Source: a candidate division WOR-3 bacterium (GTDB lineage: Bacteria > Hydrothermota > Tepidihabitantia > Tepidihabitantales > JAOUPE01). From it: a stretch of DNA of 10,288 nucleotides. The position numbers were made by a program, and so were the translations under genes. Location: positions 1 through 10,288 of the forward strand of contig JBDRUX010000082.1 of assembly GCA_039801565.1 (NCBI GenBank), given 5' to 3'. The notes under the pieces are model-generated. The model was not told the DNA's origin. It ran no database searches and worked only from the letters and a program-made list of their open reading frames with translations. Below, piece by piece: positions 9,588-10,288 of the stretch; the stretch's first letter is position 1; every line of letters starts with the position of its first letter.

Positions 9588-9616
9588 ATTGTAACTAAAT
9601 TATTAAAATAAGTCAA
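9588..9616 (-). promoter_or_regulatory. sigma70-type promoter of the large secreted protein gene
   Basis: On the - strand: TTGACT (9616-9611), 17-bp spacer, TACAAT (9593-9588), with an AT-rich UP-like tract upstream. Confidence 0.7.
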
Positions 9617-9670
9617 TAAAATATAAAATAATTTGAGAACTTTGAATAAAGGGTTCATATTTTTAAGCAT

Positions 9671-9928
9671 TTATTCATTTACCCCTCCCCTACTCCGAGA
9701 TAGATGTGTTGATCTTATAATAAGAGTTAAGTCTCCAAACTTATTCCCGAGGTAGCCTATGGGGTTGCCCACGAGGTTGCTTCTGAAATTGCCTTCCAGT
9801 TTGCCTCCGAGGTTGCTTACATACCTGCTCCCGAACCTGCTTACCAACCCCAAAACCAACTCCCGATAAAATTTCTTATCTGTTAGCTCGAAACGGCTAT
9901 TATAGTTCAATATCCTTAAAAATCTCAC
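9671..9928 (-). CDS. Doubtful 85-aa hypothetical protein with tetrapeptide periodicity, spanning the 12-bp array
   Basis: Open frame from GTG with SRFG-SRYV-SNLG-GKLE-GNFR-SNLV-GNPI-GYLG periodicity. Weak SD and no recognisable family, so it may be open only because of the repeat. Confidence 0.2.
   Translation of the reverse strand: MRFLRILNYNSRFELTDKKFYRELVLGLVSRFGSRYVSNLGGKLEGNFRSNLVGNPIGYLGNKFGDLTLIIRSTHLSRSRGGVNE
9747..9842. repeat. Degenerate 12-bp tandem array, 8 core units (consensus ~ MCGAGGTTGCYY)
   Basis: Units: ccgaggtagcct, atggggttgccc, acgaggttgctt, ctgaaattgcct, tccagtttgcct, ccgaggttgctt, acatacctgctc, ccgaacctgctt. GCYY sits at unit positions 9-12 in all eight. Confidence 0.8.
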
Positions 9929-9952
9929 GCTCTTGACGAAAACGAGTTTTTC

Positions 9953-9981
9953 TTGACAAATGATTTTATTTATATCATTAT
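9953..9981 (+). promoter_or_regulatory. Probable sigma70-type promoter of the downstream secreted-protein gene
   Basis: TTGACA (9953-9958), 17-bp spacer, CATTAT (9976-9981). The -10 is imperfect. Confidence 0.5.
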
Positions 9982-10061
9982 GTTTTGAGATTAATCGAGG
10001 TTGTAATGAGCCGTGTTTTTAGGAACAAAAAAGAACAAACAAACTCAAGAAAGGAGGAGCA

Positions 10062-10288
10062 ATGCTCCGAAATAACAACAAAAAAGTCGCCCAGATTTGG
10101 TTAATAGTTCTCTTTGCCATTTCAATGGTAATGGCAGGGGGAAGAAAACCAAAATTTGACCAAGTGAGTTCGACGATGCGACCGCTTGCGGGGAGCGAAG
10201 TGAAAGAACTGGTCGAACGAATTCCTGCAATCTTGACTGAGGCGTTGGGTCCGGATACTGCTGATTTTGAAGAGGCTCGCAAGAAGGG
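10062..10288 (+). CDS. N-terminus of a secreted protein of unknown function; 3'-truncated by the window edge
   Basis: Strong SD AAGGAGG (10051-10057) and ATG at 10062. Reads MLRNNNKKVAQIWLIVLFAISMVMA|GGRKPKFDQVSSTMRPLAGSEVKELVERIPAILTEALGPDTADFEEARKK, with a Sec signal (basic n-region, h-region, V-M-A site). Open to the end of the window and absent from the ORF track. Confidence 0.85.
   Translation, partial: MLRNNNKKVAQIWLIVLFAISMVMAGGRKPKFDQVSSTMRPLAGSEVKELVERIPAILTEALGPDTADFEEARKK

Noticed and set aside
9635..9696. Weak hairpin (GAACTTT...AGGGTTC) and C-rich tract ACCCCTCCCCTACTCC as a terminator or G-quadruplex
   Set aside because: The stem relies on G-U pairs and is weak. The G-rich strand has only two long G-runs. 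The SD-like GGAGGGG leads only to a 7-codon ORF.
9747..9842. CRISPR array interpretation of the repeats
   Set aside because: Units are 12 bp, contiguous and degenerate, with no unique spacers and no cas genes in the window.
10019..10282. Minus-strand ORFs 10019-10282 and 10045-10230
   Set aside because: Antisense to the + strand gene at 10062, which has a perfect SD and a signal peptide.

Overview
Bacterial window of moderate-to-low GC content (roughly 40% by eye), probably from an anaerobe. The + strand carries the 3' end of a 4Fe-4S ferredoxin-domain gene. It is coupled to the alpha and beta subunits of a 2-oxoacid:ferredoxin oxidoreductase whose motifs fit the Thermococcales-type 2-ketoisovalerate enzyme (VOR). 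Next comes a separately promoted, apparently leaderless operon: trxA, TlpA-like lipoprotein, OsmC-like protein, guaB. Converging on it from the - strand is a ~1520-aa secreted modular protein. Its parts are a GHL15-like glycoside hydrolase barrel with a ~200-aa insertion, a choice-of-anchor-X-like domain, a CBM-like domain, two Fn3/Ig-like repeats, a six-bladed Lys-rich propeller and a T9SS type A-like C-terminal domain. Its best-placed start codon is ACG. The divergent intergenic region holds two outward-facing sigma70-type promoters with an unexplained degenerate 12-bp tandem array between them. The window ends in the N-terminus of a secreted protein that the ORF track missed. All family assignments come from motif recognition, not database searches.
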